Shown here: in pieces, positions 9,116 to 19,567 of the stretch
Layout of the letters: each line of letters opens with the position of its first letter
Numbering within the stretch: the first letter of the stretch is position 1
Source: a bacterium
GTDB lineage: Bacteria; Krumholzibacteriota; Krumholzibacteriia; Krumholzibacteriales; Krumholzibacteriaceae
DNA length: 64,000 nt
NCBI GenBank assembly: GCA_020350885.1
Contig: CP070727.1
Location: forward strand, 2,037,163-2,101,162
Direction of reading: 5' to 3'
The notes under the pieces: model-generated
What the model saw: only the letters and a program-made list of their open reading frames with translations
Told to the model about the DNA's origin: nothing
Database searches by the model: none
Program-made: the position numbers and the translations under genes

Positions 9116-10933
9116 GTGATGGTGATGTGGTGGGCCGTTTTCTTTGTATGTGGGGCATTCATTCCCTCGGGATCTCTTATCCGCCCGGTCGTACCGTCGA
9201 TCGTATCGGCACTGCTGCTCTCAGCGTTTGCCTATTCACGGACACAGCATAGTGCAATTCCCCCACAAAAGGCGATCATCTTCCTGACCGCAGTCATTCT
9301 GTGGTATCACGCCGATATGGCCAGAGAATCGCACCGTACCGCTCATAGCACGCTCGACAGCCCCGCAGGCCATCACATACAGGTATCCGATACACTGCGG
9401 GAGCTCCCTGTGCCTGAACGTCTGCGAGAGCGGATTGTACGATCACTCGACAACGACAGCTACATCGGCCGGCGCAACAGACAGCTCCTCTGCGCCCTCG
9501 TCCTGGCCAGGCGATACGATCTAGACTTAACGTTACGAGATAGCTATAACTATTTAGGAATAGGCCACTTACTTGCGTTGAGCGGATTGCACCTCGGTAT
9601 CATTGCCGCACCGGTCGGTTTTCTTATCGCTTCGCTCCGTCTCCGTCGGTGGCTCACCAATACACTGCTGCTTACGTTTCTCTTTCTCTACACCGCCGTC
9701 GTGGGATTCCCCCCGTCTCTGATCAGGGCCTTCATACTCTGTGCGGTCGTCATCACTCACCGGACGGTGGGGACCAAGACCACGCTGCTCCACTCCCTGG
9801 TCATCGGCGGCCTCGTCATAGCCCTGATCGATTTCGGCGTCGTCACACGGGCAGGTTTTCAGCTCTCGTTTCTGGCAGTATGCGGAATCGCATCGATCGG
9901 GCTACCCCTCTCGAGGTGTCTGAATGCCGTACTCCCGGGTGGGAGGCTCGGAAGAGCCGTGAGATTCATTCTCTATCCTGTCATAGTAACGGGCGCCATC
10001 CAGCTCTTCACCCTCCCCCTGGTCCTTCATCTCTTCAAGCGGGCATCGCTCCTTGCACCACTCGTGAACCTTCTCGTGGTTCTGCCGGTCACCGCTTTCC
10101 TATACCTGGGTATCGCATATATCGTCATGCCGTTCGAGCCCGTAAGGGAGATCCTCTCCCACCCCCTCGACCTGCTTAGCCGCCTCCTGTGGGAAGTGCC
10201 GACACGGATGGCCCTGATCCCGCATCCAGCGTGTCTTGCCGGGGAAATCGATCCGATAATTCACAGCACCGGCATCGCACTGCTATCCGTATCGTTGTTA
10301 CGCGGAACCGGCAAACGGTCACTTGTAGCAGGAGCTGCCTGCCTCTGCATCGTTGTCTCCCCGGCGATCAGGTACGTCGAACGGGTGCAATCGGGGCACC
10401 AACTCACCGGCAGGGCCTCGGTGCAGACGATACGGACCGGGCGAGGCGGTACCGCATGCCAGGTGATACGGGGGGATCCGGTCGTTCTTCTCGTCGAGGA
10501 GCCCCTTTCCGCAGCAGACGCCATCGGCGTCGTCAGGACACTCTGGGGGTACGGGATACGCACGGTGGATCACCTGCTTCTCGCTCACGGATCGAACGGC
10601 AGTCTGCGGGGAACGAAACATCTCATCAGTCGCATGAGGGTAGGGGAGATTCTCTGCAGCCCGTATCTCATCCACCGCGGAGGATCTGCTGTCTTTCGTA
10701 CCGTGCGAACCACCGTGCCGACCGTCGCGCTATCGCGAGGGCTCATCATACGGCGCGGCACATACGTAATCGATGTCAGTGCTCCCGTCTATCCTCCGTC
10801 ACGGGAAGCCGTGCCCGTCGATGAGACAGCCGTCGGCTGTACCGTATACACACAAGGGGGTGATGGCCGGCTTGTGGAGGTCCTTCGAACCCAGGTGCAG
10901 CAGGCCGGAGCAGGCCGCACCGTCCACCGATAG
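9116..10933 (+). CDS. comEC: ComEC/Rec2 family DNA internalisation channel protein (no metallo-beta-lactamase domain)
   Basis: Polytopic membrane protein with the ComEC competence motif (YLGIGHLLALSGLHLGIIAAPVG). No HxHxDH metallo-beta-lactamase motif in the C-terminal region. Start uncertain. Confidence 0.65.
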   Translation: MMVMWWAVFFVCGAFIPSGSLIRPVVPSIVSALLLSAFAYSRTQHSAIPPQKAIIFLTAVILWYHADMARESHRTAHSTLDSPAGHHIQVSDTLRELPVPERLRERIVRSLDNDSYIGRRNRQLLCALVLARRYDLDLTLRDSYNYLGIGHLLALSGLHLGIIAAPVGFLIASLRLRRWLTNTLLLTFLFLYTAVVGFPPSLIRAFILCAVVITHRTVGTKTTLLHSLVIGGLVIALIDFGVVTRAGFQLSFLAVCGIASIGLPLSRCLNAVLPGGRLGRAVRFILYPVIVTGAIQLFTLPLVLHLFKRASLLAPLVNLLVVLPVTAFLYLGIAYIVMPFEPVREILSHPLDLLSRLLWEVPTRMALIPHPACLAGEIDPIIHSTGIALLSVSLLRGTGKRSLVAGAACLCIVVSPAIRYVERVQSGHQLTGRASVQTIRTGRGGTACQVIRGDPVVLLVEEPLSAADAIGVVRTLWGYGIRTVDHLLLAHGSNGSLRGTKHLISRMRVGEILCSPYLIHRGGSAVFRTVRTTVPTVALSRGLIIRRGTYVIDVSAPVYPPSREAVPVDETAVGCTVYTQGGDGRLVEVLRTQVQQAGAGRTVHR

Positions 10934-11120
10934 ATCTCGTGAAAGGGCCGGCGAATCTCACCGCTTGACTTTCTCATATGTACGGGATACCATGCCGCAT
11001 GTCTAGTGACGGACCGGATTTCACCGGAGCACATCACGGGAAAAATTTCAGTCGGACGTGCCGGCGTTCTCGTTGATCCGCACAATACCTAATAGATTCT
11101 ACCGTATACGAGGAGTGATC

Positions 11121-11747
11121 ATGCGGCATTCATGCAACGTTGCGGTGCTTGCTTCGGGAAGGGGCAGCAACTTCAAGGCCATCGCCGAGGCGTGTCGTAA
11201 CGAGAATTTCCCCGCCGTGGTCAGGCTTCTCATTGTCGACAATCCGGACGCCGGTGCTTTGCGTCTCGCCGAGGAGATGGGCATAGAGACTGCAATCGTC
11301 GACTGCGGCCCCAAACGGGGATCGATGACGCCGGAATCGAGCGAAGAGATGTATCGGCTTGCCACGGAACGTGACATCGAACTGGTGTGTCTCGCCGGCT
11401 TCATGCGTATCGTCAAAGGCCGGCTGCTCGACGAGTACCAGGGACGGATGATCAACATCCACCCGGCACTGCTGCCGAGCTTCAAGGGGCTCCAAGGCCA
11501 GAAGCAGGCGCTCGACTACGGTGTACGCTATTCGGGCTGCTCCGTTCATTTCGTGGATCCCGGTGTCGATACCGGGCCGATCATCCTGCAACGGGTTGTC
11601 CCGGTACACCAGGATGATGACGAGGAAAGTCTGAGTGCCCGTATACTCAAGGAGGAACACAAGGCCTACCCGGAAGCAGTACGGCTCTTTGCAGAGGGAA
11701 GGCTACGGATCGAAGGAAGGAGGGTTCGTGTCCTTGATGAAACGTAA
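11121..11747 (+). CDS. purN: Phosphoribosylglycinamide formyltransferase
   Basis: VAVLASGRGSNFKAI...NIHPALLPSFKGLQGQKQALDYGVRYSGCSVHFVDPGVDTGPII. ATG at 11121 is preceded by aggagtg. Confidence 0.85.
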   Translation: MRHSCNVAVLASGRGSNFKAIAEACRNENFPAVVRLLIVDNPDAGALRLAEEMGIETAIVDCGPKRGSMTPESSEEMYRLATERDIELVCLAGFMRIVKGRLLDEYQGRMINIHPALLPSFKGLQGQKQALDYGVRYSGCSVHFVDPGVDTGPIILQRVVPVHQDDDEESLSARILKEEHKAYPEAVRLFAEGRLRIEGRRVRVLDET

Positions 11748-12648
11748 ACCTTACATGCAGGACTCAGGCTCCCTGCCCGGTATGGAGCCGGCTTACCGGG
11801 GAAAGGTACGTGATATCTACGATCTCGGCGATACGCTTCTCATCGTTGCCTCGGACCGTATATCCGCATACGATTCGATTCTCCCGACTCCGATACCCGG
11901 AAAAGGTATCATCCTTAACCAGATCTCCGCCGCCTGGTTCCGTCATTTCAGCGATATGCCAAACCATCTTCTGAGCACCGAGATCGATGATCTGCCCGAA
12001 CCGTTCAACCGGTTCCCCGAGCAGCTCGCAGGGCGTTCGATGCTCGTGAAGAAGACCGAGCGGATCGATCTCGAATGTATTGTCAGGGGTTACATCACCG
12101 GTGCGGGTTGGAAGGATTACCAGCAGGACGGGAGTATCTGCGGAATCAAGCTGCCCGCAGGGTTGAAGCTCTCGGAGAAGCTCACCGAGCCGATCTTCAC
12201 CCCGTCGACAAAGGCCGAATCGGGACACGACGAGAACATCACACTCGATCGGGCAGCCTCGATCGTTGGAGGGGAAGTTATCGAGACCGTACGGACAAGA
12301 AGCCTTACACTGTACAGACGGGCGAGCGAGTATGCCTCGTCCCGGGGAATCATCATCGCTGATACGAAATTCGAGTTCGGCTCATTCGGTGATGAAATTA
12401 TCCTCATAGACGAGGTGCTAACGCCGGACTCCTCCCGTTTCTGGCTCGAGGAGGAATACGAGCCGGGACAACCACAGCGCAGCCTCGACAAGCAGTTCGT
12501 CCGCGATTACCTGGATGAAACCGGTTGGGACCATAGCCCACCGGCCCCGCAGCTGCCTCCCGACATCGTGGAGAAGACAGCAGACCGATATCGACTTGCC
12601 GCTCGACGACTATTCCCCGACATAGAGATCGGAAGGTATCTCACATGA
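11737..12648 (+). CDS. purC: Phosphoribosylaminoimidazole-succinocarboxamide synthase (SAICAR synthetase)
   Basis: YRGKVRDIYDLGDTLLIVASDRISAYD...IIIADTKFEFG. Overlaps purN by 11 nt. An alternative GTG start is at 11728. Confidence 0.8.
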   Translation: MKRKPYMQDSGSLPGMEPAYRGKVRDIYDLGDTLLIVASDRISAYDSILPTPIPGKGIILNQISAAWFRHFSDMPNHLLSTEIDDLPEPFNRFPEQLAGRSMLVKKTERIDLECIVRGYITGAGWKDYQQDGSICGIKLPAGLKLSEKLTEPIFTPSTKAESGHDENITLDRAASIVGGEVIETVRTRSLTLYRRASEYASSRGIIIADTKFEFGSFGDEIILIDEVLTPDSSRFWLEEEYEPGQPQRSLDKQFVRDYLDETGWDHSPPAPQLPPDIVEKTADRYRLAARRLFPDIEIGRYLT

Positions 12649-14216
12649 AGCAACCGATTAAAAGAGCACTGATCAGTGTCACGGACAAACGGAACCTCGA
12701 GATCCTCGCTCGGGCGCTGGCGGACCGCGGTGTCGAAATCATCGCCTCAGGCGGGACCGCCACTGCAATCAAGGATGTGCAGGTAGACGTTACAGAGATC
12801 AGCGAGATCACCGGTTTCCCCGAGGCTATGGACGGGCGGATCAAGACGCTGCATCCGAAGATACACGGCGGCATTCTTGCCGATCGCCGCAAGAAGAAGC
12901 ACCGCCAGCAGGCGGAGGATCTCGGTGTTTCGATGATCGATCTCGTTGTGGTGAACCTGTACCGTTTCCGGGAGGCGGCGAATAACCCCGATCTCGACGA
13001 GCTCCAGGTCGTCGAGGCGATCGATATCGGAGGACCGACCCTCATCAGGGCCGCAGCGAAGAATTACGACGCGGTCACGGTCGTTGTCGATCCCGACGAC
13101 TATGATCGCCTAATCGATGAGATGGACGGAAATAACGGTGAAGTGCTTCATGAGACCAGGCGGATGTTCGCATCGAAGGCGTTCCACCACACCGCCTCAT
13201 ACGATACGGCAATAGCAGCATACTTCAAGCGGCTGGTGCCCCCGCCCCCGGGCAACGATCCTCCGGAGGAAATACTCTCGGCGTTCACGAAGGTGCATTC
13301 GCTGCGCTACGGCGAGAACCCCCACTGCAAAGGCGCACTGTACCGTATGGCATCCCCAACGGAGGCGTTCGGCGGTTTCAAACAGCTCCAGGGCAAGGAG
13401 CTTTCGTACAACAACATTCACGATATGTACGCGGCCTTTCTTCTTGCCCGCGACCTGGGCGAGCATGCATGCGCCATCATCAAGCATACCAATCCGTGTG
13501 GTGCCGCCGCATGCGGCACGGTCCTGGAGAGCTTCATCAGGGCGAAGAAGACCGATCCGATCTCGGCCTTCGGGAGCGTCGTCTCCTTCAACGGTCACGT
13601 CGATGCCGGGACGGCCGAGGCGTGCCGGGAGATATTTCTCGAGGTCGTAATGGCTCGGAGCTTTTCCGATGATGCGCTGGCAAGCCTGAAAAAGAAGAAG
13701 AACCTTCGCCTGATCACCGTTGGGAACGAGGCGTGGGACGGCACACCCGCCGGGTGGACGGGGAGAGAGGTCGGGGACCTGCTCCTCATGCAGGAGAGGG
13801 ACGAGGGATTTCCGGAACTCGAGCAGCTCGATTACGTCACCGCCCGAAAACCGGCACCGAATGAGGAAACCGCCCTCAGGATCGCATGGCGTATCGTCAA
13901 GCATATCAGATCGAACGCCATCGTGATCTGTGATGACGAGGGGACGATCGGTGTCGGTGCGGGCCAGATGAGCCGTGTGGATTCCTGCCGGATCGCCGTC
14001 GATAAGGCGAAACGGGAGGGACTATCGATAGATGGTGCCTCGGCGGCGTCCGATGCATTCTTCCCGTTCCCCGATGGGGTAGAGGTCCTGGCCGAGGCGG
14101 GCGTGCGTGCCGTCATTCAACCGGGCGGATCGATACGGGACAAGGAGGTAATCGAGGCGGCCGAACGGCTGGGCATCACAATGGCTCTTACGGGCAGGCG
14201 TCACTTCAGGCACTAG
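12645..14216 (+). CDS. purH: Bifunctional AICAR transformylase/IMP cyclohydrolase
   Basis: KRALISVTDKRNLEILARALADRGVEIIASGGTA...GRIKTLHPKIHGGILA. ATGA overlap with purC. Confidence 0.9.
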   Translation: MKQPIKRALISVTDKRNLEILARALADRGVEIIASGGTATAIKDVQVDVTEISEITGFPEAMDGRIKTLHPKIHGGILADRRKKKHRQQAEDLGVSMIDLVVVNLYRFREAANNPDLDELQVVEAIDIGGPTLIRAAAKNYDAVTVVVDPDDYDRLIDEMDGNNGEVLHETRRMFASKAFHHTASYDTAIAAYFKRLVPPPPGNDPPEEILSAFTKVHSLRYGENPHCKGALYRMASPTEAFGGFKQLQGKELSYNNIHDMYAAFLLARDLGEHACAIIKHTNPCGAAACGTVLESFIRAKKTDPISAFGSVVSFNGHVDAGTAEACREIFLEVVMARSFSDDALASLKKKKNLRLITVGNEAWDGTPAGWTGREVGDLLLMQERDEGFPELEQLDYVTARKPAPNEETALRIAWRIVKHIRSNAIVICDDEGTIGVGAGQMSRVDSCRIAVDKAKREGLSIDGASAASDAFFPFPDGVEVLAEAGVRAVIQPGGSIRDKEVIEAAERLGITMALTGRRHFRH

Positions 14217-14222
14217 GAGGAG

Positions 14223-15779
14223 ATGGTGCAGGACACCGATTGGGAAGGTGAATCGATCGTTATTCTGGACTTCGGTTCGCAATATACACAGCTCATCGCC
14301 CGCCGAATCCGCGCGGAGCGGGTCTTCTCGGTTATCCTTCCCAATACCGCAGGCCTCGAAGAGATCCGGGCCGCCAAACCGGTCGGGATCGTGCTCTCGG
14401 GCGGCCCCGCAAGTGTTACGACATCGGGTTCACCAGACCTTGCTGCGGATATCTTCGACCTCGGCATCCCGCTGCTCGGCATCTGTTACGGCATGCAGCT
14501 GATATCACGGGCGAAGGGTGGTCTCATCGAACGCTCCGACCACCGTGAATACGGGCATACGATCATCGATGCGGACACCCGTGACGATCTCTTTTTCAAC
14601 ACACCGAAGCAACAGCGTGTCTGGATGAGCCACGGCGATGCGGTCAAGAGCATTCCGAAGGATTTCAGGGTAATCGCATCATCCGCCGCCTCGCCGCATG
14701 CCGCCATAGCCAGCGAATCAGACAACATCTACTGCCTTCAGTTCCATCCAGAGGTCTTTCACACGGATTACGGAAGCGAAATACTCAGCAACTTCCTCTT
14801 CCGTATCTGCGATTGCAAACCGAACTGGAATCCCCAATCGTTCATCGATCTCGAGGTTCGAAAGATCCGAACGAGGGTCGGCTCGTCCCGCGTTCTCTGC
14901 GCCGTAAGCGGCGGCGTAGACAGCTCGGTCATGGCGTGCCTCGTCGACCGTGCCATCGGGAAGCAGCTCGTTCCGGTCTTCGTCGACAACGGACTGCTCA
15001 GGCAGGGCGAGGTGGACGAGGTGAAGGAGCTGCTGTCTCATCATCTCTCGACCGAACTTGTATTCATCGATGCCTCCGAGGAGTTCCTGAACCGCCTGAA
15101 GGGGATGAGCGATGCCGAGGAAAAGCGCAAGGCCATCGGTGAGTGCTTTATCGATGTCTTCGAACGGCAGAGCGAGCTGCTTGGGCCCTTCGAGTTCTTA
15201 GCACAGGGAACGCTCTACCCCGATGTCATAGAGAGCAGATCGACCGTCGGGCCCTCGGCAACGATAAAGAGCCATCACAACGTCGGCGGCCTGCCCGATA
15301 CACTCCAATTCAAGCTCATCGAGCCCCTCTCGCTCCTCTTCAAGGACGAGGTGCGGGAGGTGGGCAGATCCCTGGGGCTGCCCGAGCGCCAGATCAAGCG
15401 ACATCCATTTCCGGGACCAGGGCTGGCGGTCAGGATCCCCGGCGAGGTGACGAGGGAATCACTCGCAATACTGCGGAAAGCGGACAAGATCTTCATCGAG
15501 GCACTCAACCGCGAGGGTCTCTACGACAGTGTATGGCAGGCCTTCTCGGTGCTCCTCCCCGTCAAGAGTGTCGGCGTGATGGGTGATGAACGGACATACC
15601 AGAATGCCATTGCCCTGCGCGCCGTCACCAGCACGGACGGGATGACGGCGGACTGGGCACGGCTTCCCTCAGAGGTGCTCCAACGAATTGCAAATGAGAT
15701 CATAAACAAGGTGGACGGTGTGAACCGTGTCGTCTATGACATAAGCTCCAAACCACCCAGTACCATCGAGTGGGAATAA
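14223..15779 (+). CDS. guaA: GMP synthase (glutamine-hydrolysing)
   Basis: GATase region (IVILDFGSQYTQLIARRIRA, GICYGMQL) plus ATP-PPase region (SGGVDSSV). aggaggag RBS 2 nt upstream. Confidence 0.9.
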   Translation: MVQDTDWEGESIVILDFGSQYTQLIARRIRAERVFSVILPNTAGLEEIRAAKPVGIVLSGGPASVTTSGSPDLAADIFDLGIPLLGICYGMQLISRAKGGLIERSDHREYGHTIIDADTRDDLFFNTPKQQRVWMSHGDAVKSIPKDFRVIASSAASPHAAIASESDNIYCLQFHPEVFHTDYGSEILSNFLFRICDCKPNWNPQSFIDLEVRKIRTRVGSSRVLCAVSGGVDSSVMACLVDRAIGKQLVPVFVDNGLLRQGEVDEVKELLSHHLSTELVFIDASEEFLNRLKGMSDAEEKRKAIGECFIDVFERQSELLGPFEFLAQGTLYPDVIESRSTVGPSATIKSHHNVGGLPDTLQFKLIEPLSLLFKDEVREVGRSLGLPERQIKRHPFPGPGLAVRIPGEVTRESLAILRKADKIFIEALNREGLYDSVWQAFSVLLPVKSVGVMGDERTYQNAIALRAVTSTDGMTADWARLPSEVLQRIANEIINKVDGVNRVVYDISSKPPSTIEWE

Positions 15780-15870
15780 ATACACCCCCAGGCAGCCCAT
15801 CCTGGCATTCAACTTGCCTTTCACTAGAACCATCGACATCTTACCAGTAGAGCCAGCGAGGTTAGCGCGA

Positions 15871-18078
15871 ATGGTATGGGCGATGTGCTATATGCTTCTC
15901 TATCTCATCTGCGTCGCTCCAGGTGCCGCTCCCGGAGCACACCCCACCAGTGTATCCGACCATATCTGGCGCGGGGAGTATACCCGTGCACTTGCGGCGA
16001 CGGAGATAGGGAAGTGCAGCGATCGGGCAGTATGGTACACACTGACCGGCGATCTGGATTCGGCCTCACGGCTTCTCGGCGATACCGAACATTCCATGAG
16101 GAGGGGATTGATCTCGTTCAAGAGCGGTCGCTTCGAAGATGCGATCAAGCTTCTCGAGATCCCAGCTCATAATGCATTCCTCGACAGCTATCGCCTGTTG
16201 TACCGGGCGAGAAGTCTCATGGAGATCGGGCGTTACGCCGATTCAATGCGTGACCTGGAAGCTCTTCTCGATACTACCTGTGAGCAGGCGGATATCATCC
16301 GGCACCCGATTATGGAACGGGCGGCAAACTGTCTGATCGAGGCAAGTATCCTCTCTGCCCGGACGGGCGGTATTTGGAATAATCACGTAATTACACGACA
16401 TGCCCTGACGGACAAATCGTTCTTTCTGCTCACCCGCCACGCAGCCGAAAACGGATCGTGGGATGCAGCCCGGGGATATCTCCTCGCGGGTATCGCGGCC
16501 GTCCCGGACACTGGCGCCGCAGCACCCTTCACCGATGCAGTCCGGGCGCTCGAAGAAAGGTTCAAATCGCTGGACAAATCCGAGCTAGTTGCGATTGCAC
16601 GATACGCCATTCGGATCGGTGCTCTAGAGGCGGCGGACATCGTCATCAAGCAGCTCACCGTGCTGTATTCGCAAACTCCCGAAAGCCGCTATCTCAAGGG
16701 AATGCGGCTGGCGGCCGCCGGAGAGCCCCGGAGGGCACTCGAACGGTTCAGTCGCATCTTCCGTTCGAAAGTCGCTCCGGTATCCCTCAAGAAAGAATCG
16801 CTGCTCCAGATCGCCGCAATGGAGTACAGGCTGAAACGATACCGCCGGGCGGGCGAGAGCTATTCACTATTCGGACGATACTACCCCGATGACCCGAGAA
16901 GCACCATGGCGCTGGATACGGCGGCGCGGATCGCGATCGCACGAAGAAGATGGCCGCAAGCCCTCTCGCTCTGGAGAGAGATCCGCCAACGGAATGTCTG
17001 GACTGCACGGTCGAATGAGGCGGCGTTGAGCGAGGCGGCCCTCCACTATAAACTCGGTCATCGACAACACGCATATCGTATCCTCTCTTTCCTTGCACCT
17101 CGCTGCGACGGCACGCTGCGGGCCGCCGCCCTGTACTGGCTTCAGCTCACATGCAGCGATCAGCAGAAGAGGAAGATCCACCGAGACGAGCTGCTACGCA
17201 CCTGCCCGCATTCCTTCTATGCATTCCTTCTCGAGCACGGTGAGGGGGGTCTCGTTCTCGATACACGGCAGGTGGAAACCGGGAAATACACGGAGTGCCT
17301 GAAACGCTTGGAAAAGATGGAGCGTCATGCATTCGAGTCGATCACGAACGATCCCGCAACAGATGACACACTGCGCAACCATCCTGCACACCTGGCGTTC
17401 GATTATTTTCTCCGGTACGGTTTCCTGGATGAAGCCGCCGAATGCGCCACATTTTTGAAAATCCTGTTCAAGCACGATTCCGGTCGTATGATGGCGTTAT
17501 ACCGTGACACTCGCTCACAGGGAGGTGTGGCCCTCGGCCTCACACTTCTGAACTCCGTGCCCCGGGAAACCGATGGGGGCGTGGATACGGGGACACTCCG
17601 ATACCCCGTGGCGTATTCCGGGATCATCGGTCCGTGTTCGGAGCAGAGGGGACTTCCACCCGATCTCATCCTCGCCGTTATCAGAGAAGAAAGTGCATTC
17701 GATTCCAAAGCGCTCTCCAGGGCCGGTGCACGGGGCCTGATGCAGCTCATGCCTGCAACGGGGCTCTGGATCGGGAGGAAGCTCGGTAAGGCGGAGCTCT
17801 CGACGGACGACCTCTTCTCCGTGGCCTTCAATATAGAAGCGGGCATGTGGTACCTCGGGCATCTTCTCAACCGATTCGATGGTTCGATTGTTGCAGCCCT
17901 TGCAGCGTATAATGCTGGAGCGTCCCGTATGTCCCGATGGCGGAAGAACTTCTGTCCCTCGGAGGATCCGCTCGTTGCCATAGAGATGATCGGTCCTCAA
18001 GAGACGCGCACGTACGTCCGCAGGGTTCTGGATAGTTACAGCGCCTACCGCATGATGGGGAGAGATCGGTGCGAATAA
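15871..18078 (+). CDS. slt: Soluble lytic murein transglycosylase-like protein (TPR/superhelical N-domain plus SLT domain)
   Basis: C-terminal SLT domain (EESAFDSKALSRAGARGLMQLMPATG, AAYNAGASR). Signal-like N-terminus MVWAMCYMLLYLICVAPGAAPGA. The track ORF begins at TTG 15814; I prefer ATG 15871. Confidence 0.75.
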   Translation: MVWAMCYMLLYLICVAPGAAPGAHPTSVSDHIWRGEYTRALAATEIGKCSDRAVWYTLTGDLDSASRLLGDTEHSMRRGLISFKSGRFEDAIKLLEIPAHNAFLDSYRLLYRARSLMEIGRYADSMRDLEALLDTTCEQADIIRHPIMERAANCLIEASILSARTGGIWNNHVITRHALTDKSFFLLTRHAAENGSWDAARGYLLAGIAAVPDTGAAAPFTDAVRALEERFKSLDKSELVAIARYAIRIGALEAADIVIKQLTVLYSQTPESRYLKGMRLAAAGEPRRALERFSRIFRSKVAPVSLKKESLLQIAAMEYRLKRYRRAGESYSLFGRYYPDDPRSTMALDTAARIAIARRRWPQALSLWREIRQRNVWTARSNEAALSEAALHYKLGHRQHAYRILSFLAPRCDGTLRAAALYWLQLTCSDQQKRKIHRDELLRTCPHSFYAFLLEHGEGGLVLDTRQVETGKYTECLKRLEKMERHAFESITNDPATDDTLRNHPAHLAFDYFLRYGFLDEAAECATFLKILFKHDSGRMMALYRDTRSQGGVALGLTLLNSVPRETDGGVDTGTLRYPVAYSGIIGPCSEQRGLPPDLILAVIREESAFDSKALSRAGARGLMQLMPATGLWIGRKLGKAELSTDDLFSVAFNIEAGMWYLGHLLNRFDGSIVAALAAYNAGASRMSRWRKNFCPSEDPLVAIEMIGPQETRTYVRRVLDSYSAYRMMGRDRCE

Positions 18079-19457
18079 GACTAGGTATACGGCAGTTGAC
18101 GATCTTGCTGGGCCTTGCCATCATTCTGCTGCTGCTCACGGTAACGAGCAAATCGGGAACCGTAATCGTGACACCTCCATGGAATCACTGCCTGGGATTG
18201 AACAAGGTGACCCAGTTCCACCTCGACATATTCTCGGGATATCGGGAGAAGTTCGATGATCCCCAGGGGCTCTTCTGCACCAAGTTGCATTGCGAAGATG
18301 ATCCCCAGACACCGAAGGACGACGACGAATTGACCGTCTTCGGTCTCAACAGCGGAAGACACACGCTCATCTACAACAAGAGCCTGACATCCATCGGTAT
18401 CGTCGGAGGGCTCGGCAGGGGACTGCTCGAATTCAAGAGGCCACAGGCGGTAACCGGCAACAGTGATGGCGATGTCTTCGTCGCCGATACGGGTAACGAT
18501 CGGCTGGTACATCTTCGATACGAAGACGACGAGCTGCTACCGATCGACGAGTTCACCGGTCCCGACGACAAACCGTTCAATCGTCCATCGGGGATAGCGC
18601 TCGGTGGCGATCTCCTCTACGTGGCCGATACGAGAAACGATCGCATCGCCCTCGTCACCATGGATGGAACCATCACCGCAGAATACAGACCTGAGTATCG
18701 GGGCGCCCGTCTCTATCGGCCATACCGTGTGGCGGTTGTAACGAGCAACGATGAATGGTTCTACTACCGCGACTACTTCATCGCCGTCGTCGATAGCATG
18801 GGGGGGCGCCTCTGGAAGATTACGCCCGACGGTACGGTGCGTAACCTGATCCGGTACCGGGCCATCGGCGATACAGGCGGGTTCAACCATGTCGCCATTG
18901 ACTATTACGGGAATGTCTATGTGACCGACACGCACAATGGAACAATCCACAAGTTCAACAGGCACTTCCAGTATATCATGGCGATCGGGGAAAAGGGAAC
19001 GGGGGAGGGGCAGTTCGATGAGCCCCGTGGTATCAGCATCTACCGCCGGTTCGGCCAGATCTTTGTCTCGGAACGGGCGGGAGCGCAATACCACTGGATC
19101 GGAACCGATCTCTTGCGCCTCTCGGCGGAGCGGCTCATGTTCGATACGGAGAAGAAGACCTGCCGCATAGACCTCTCCTTCCTTCTCGCCGAGCACTCAT
19201 TTGTAACCCTCTACCTCGAAAATGAGGACGGGGAGAGGATCGTCGACATTGTGTCGGATTATATGCTTCCGTCAGGATTCTTTAAACGTCGAATAGAAAT
19301 AGCATGTAACAAGGTCCAACTTCTTGCAAAATGCAAAGTGCGGCTCGTCGCGATCGCAAAACCAACCTATTCCTCGAAGGCCTACCTTTCGGTGACAAGA
19401 AGAACACACTTCATCGATCCTTGCCCAACCCCTTTAACCTCTTCACTGGCAAAGTAA
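18069..19457 (+). CDS. Membrane-anchored NHL-repeat beta-propeller protein
   Basis: N-terminal TM/signal anchor (LTILLGLAIILLLL). NHL-type repeats (GDVFVADTGNDRLVHL, LLYVADTRNDRIALV, GNVYVTDTHNGTIHKF, FDEPRGISI). GTG start overlaps the slt stop by 10 nt. Confidence 0.65.
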   Translation: MRIRLGIRQLTILLGLAIILLLLTVTSKSGTVIVTPPWNHCLGLNKVTQFHLDIFSGYREKFDDPQGLFCTKLHCEDDPQTPKDDDELTVFGLNSGRHTLIYNKSLTSIGIVGGLGRGLLEFKRPQAVTGNSDGDVFVADTGNDRLVHLRYEDDELLPIDEFTGPDDKPFNRPSGIALGGDLLYVADTRNDRIALVTMDGTITAEYRPEYRGARLYRPYRVAVVTSNDEWFYYRDYFIAVVDSMGGRLWKITPDGTVRNLIRYRAIGDTGGFNHVAIDYYGNVYVTDTHNGTIHKFNRHFQYIMAIGEKGTGEGQFDEPRGISIYRRFGQIFVSERAGAQYHWIGTDLLRLSAERLMFDTEKKTCRIDLSFLLAEHSFVTLYLENEDGERIVDIVSDYMLPSGFFKRRIEIACNKVQLLAKCKVRLVAIAKPTYSSKAYLSVTRRTHFIDPCPTPLTSSLAK

Positions 19458-19567
19458 TTATTCAATCTTTTGGCCCACGAATTGCATCCAGTCGAACGGA
19501 AGGGTTCTGTGATTATATGTACCATATGTATCAATAGTTAGATAGCCAGTAAGGAAGGTCTGGGAAG

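Noticed and set aside
10934-11120. Purine riboswitch or PurR-box upstream of purN
   Set aside because: No recognisable three-way junction or purine-aptamer consensus. Only a weak TTGACT-N17-TACCAT promoter-like element.
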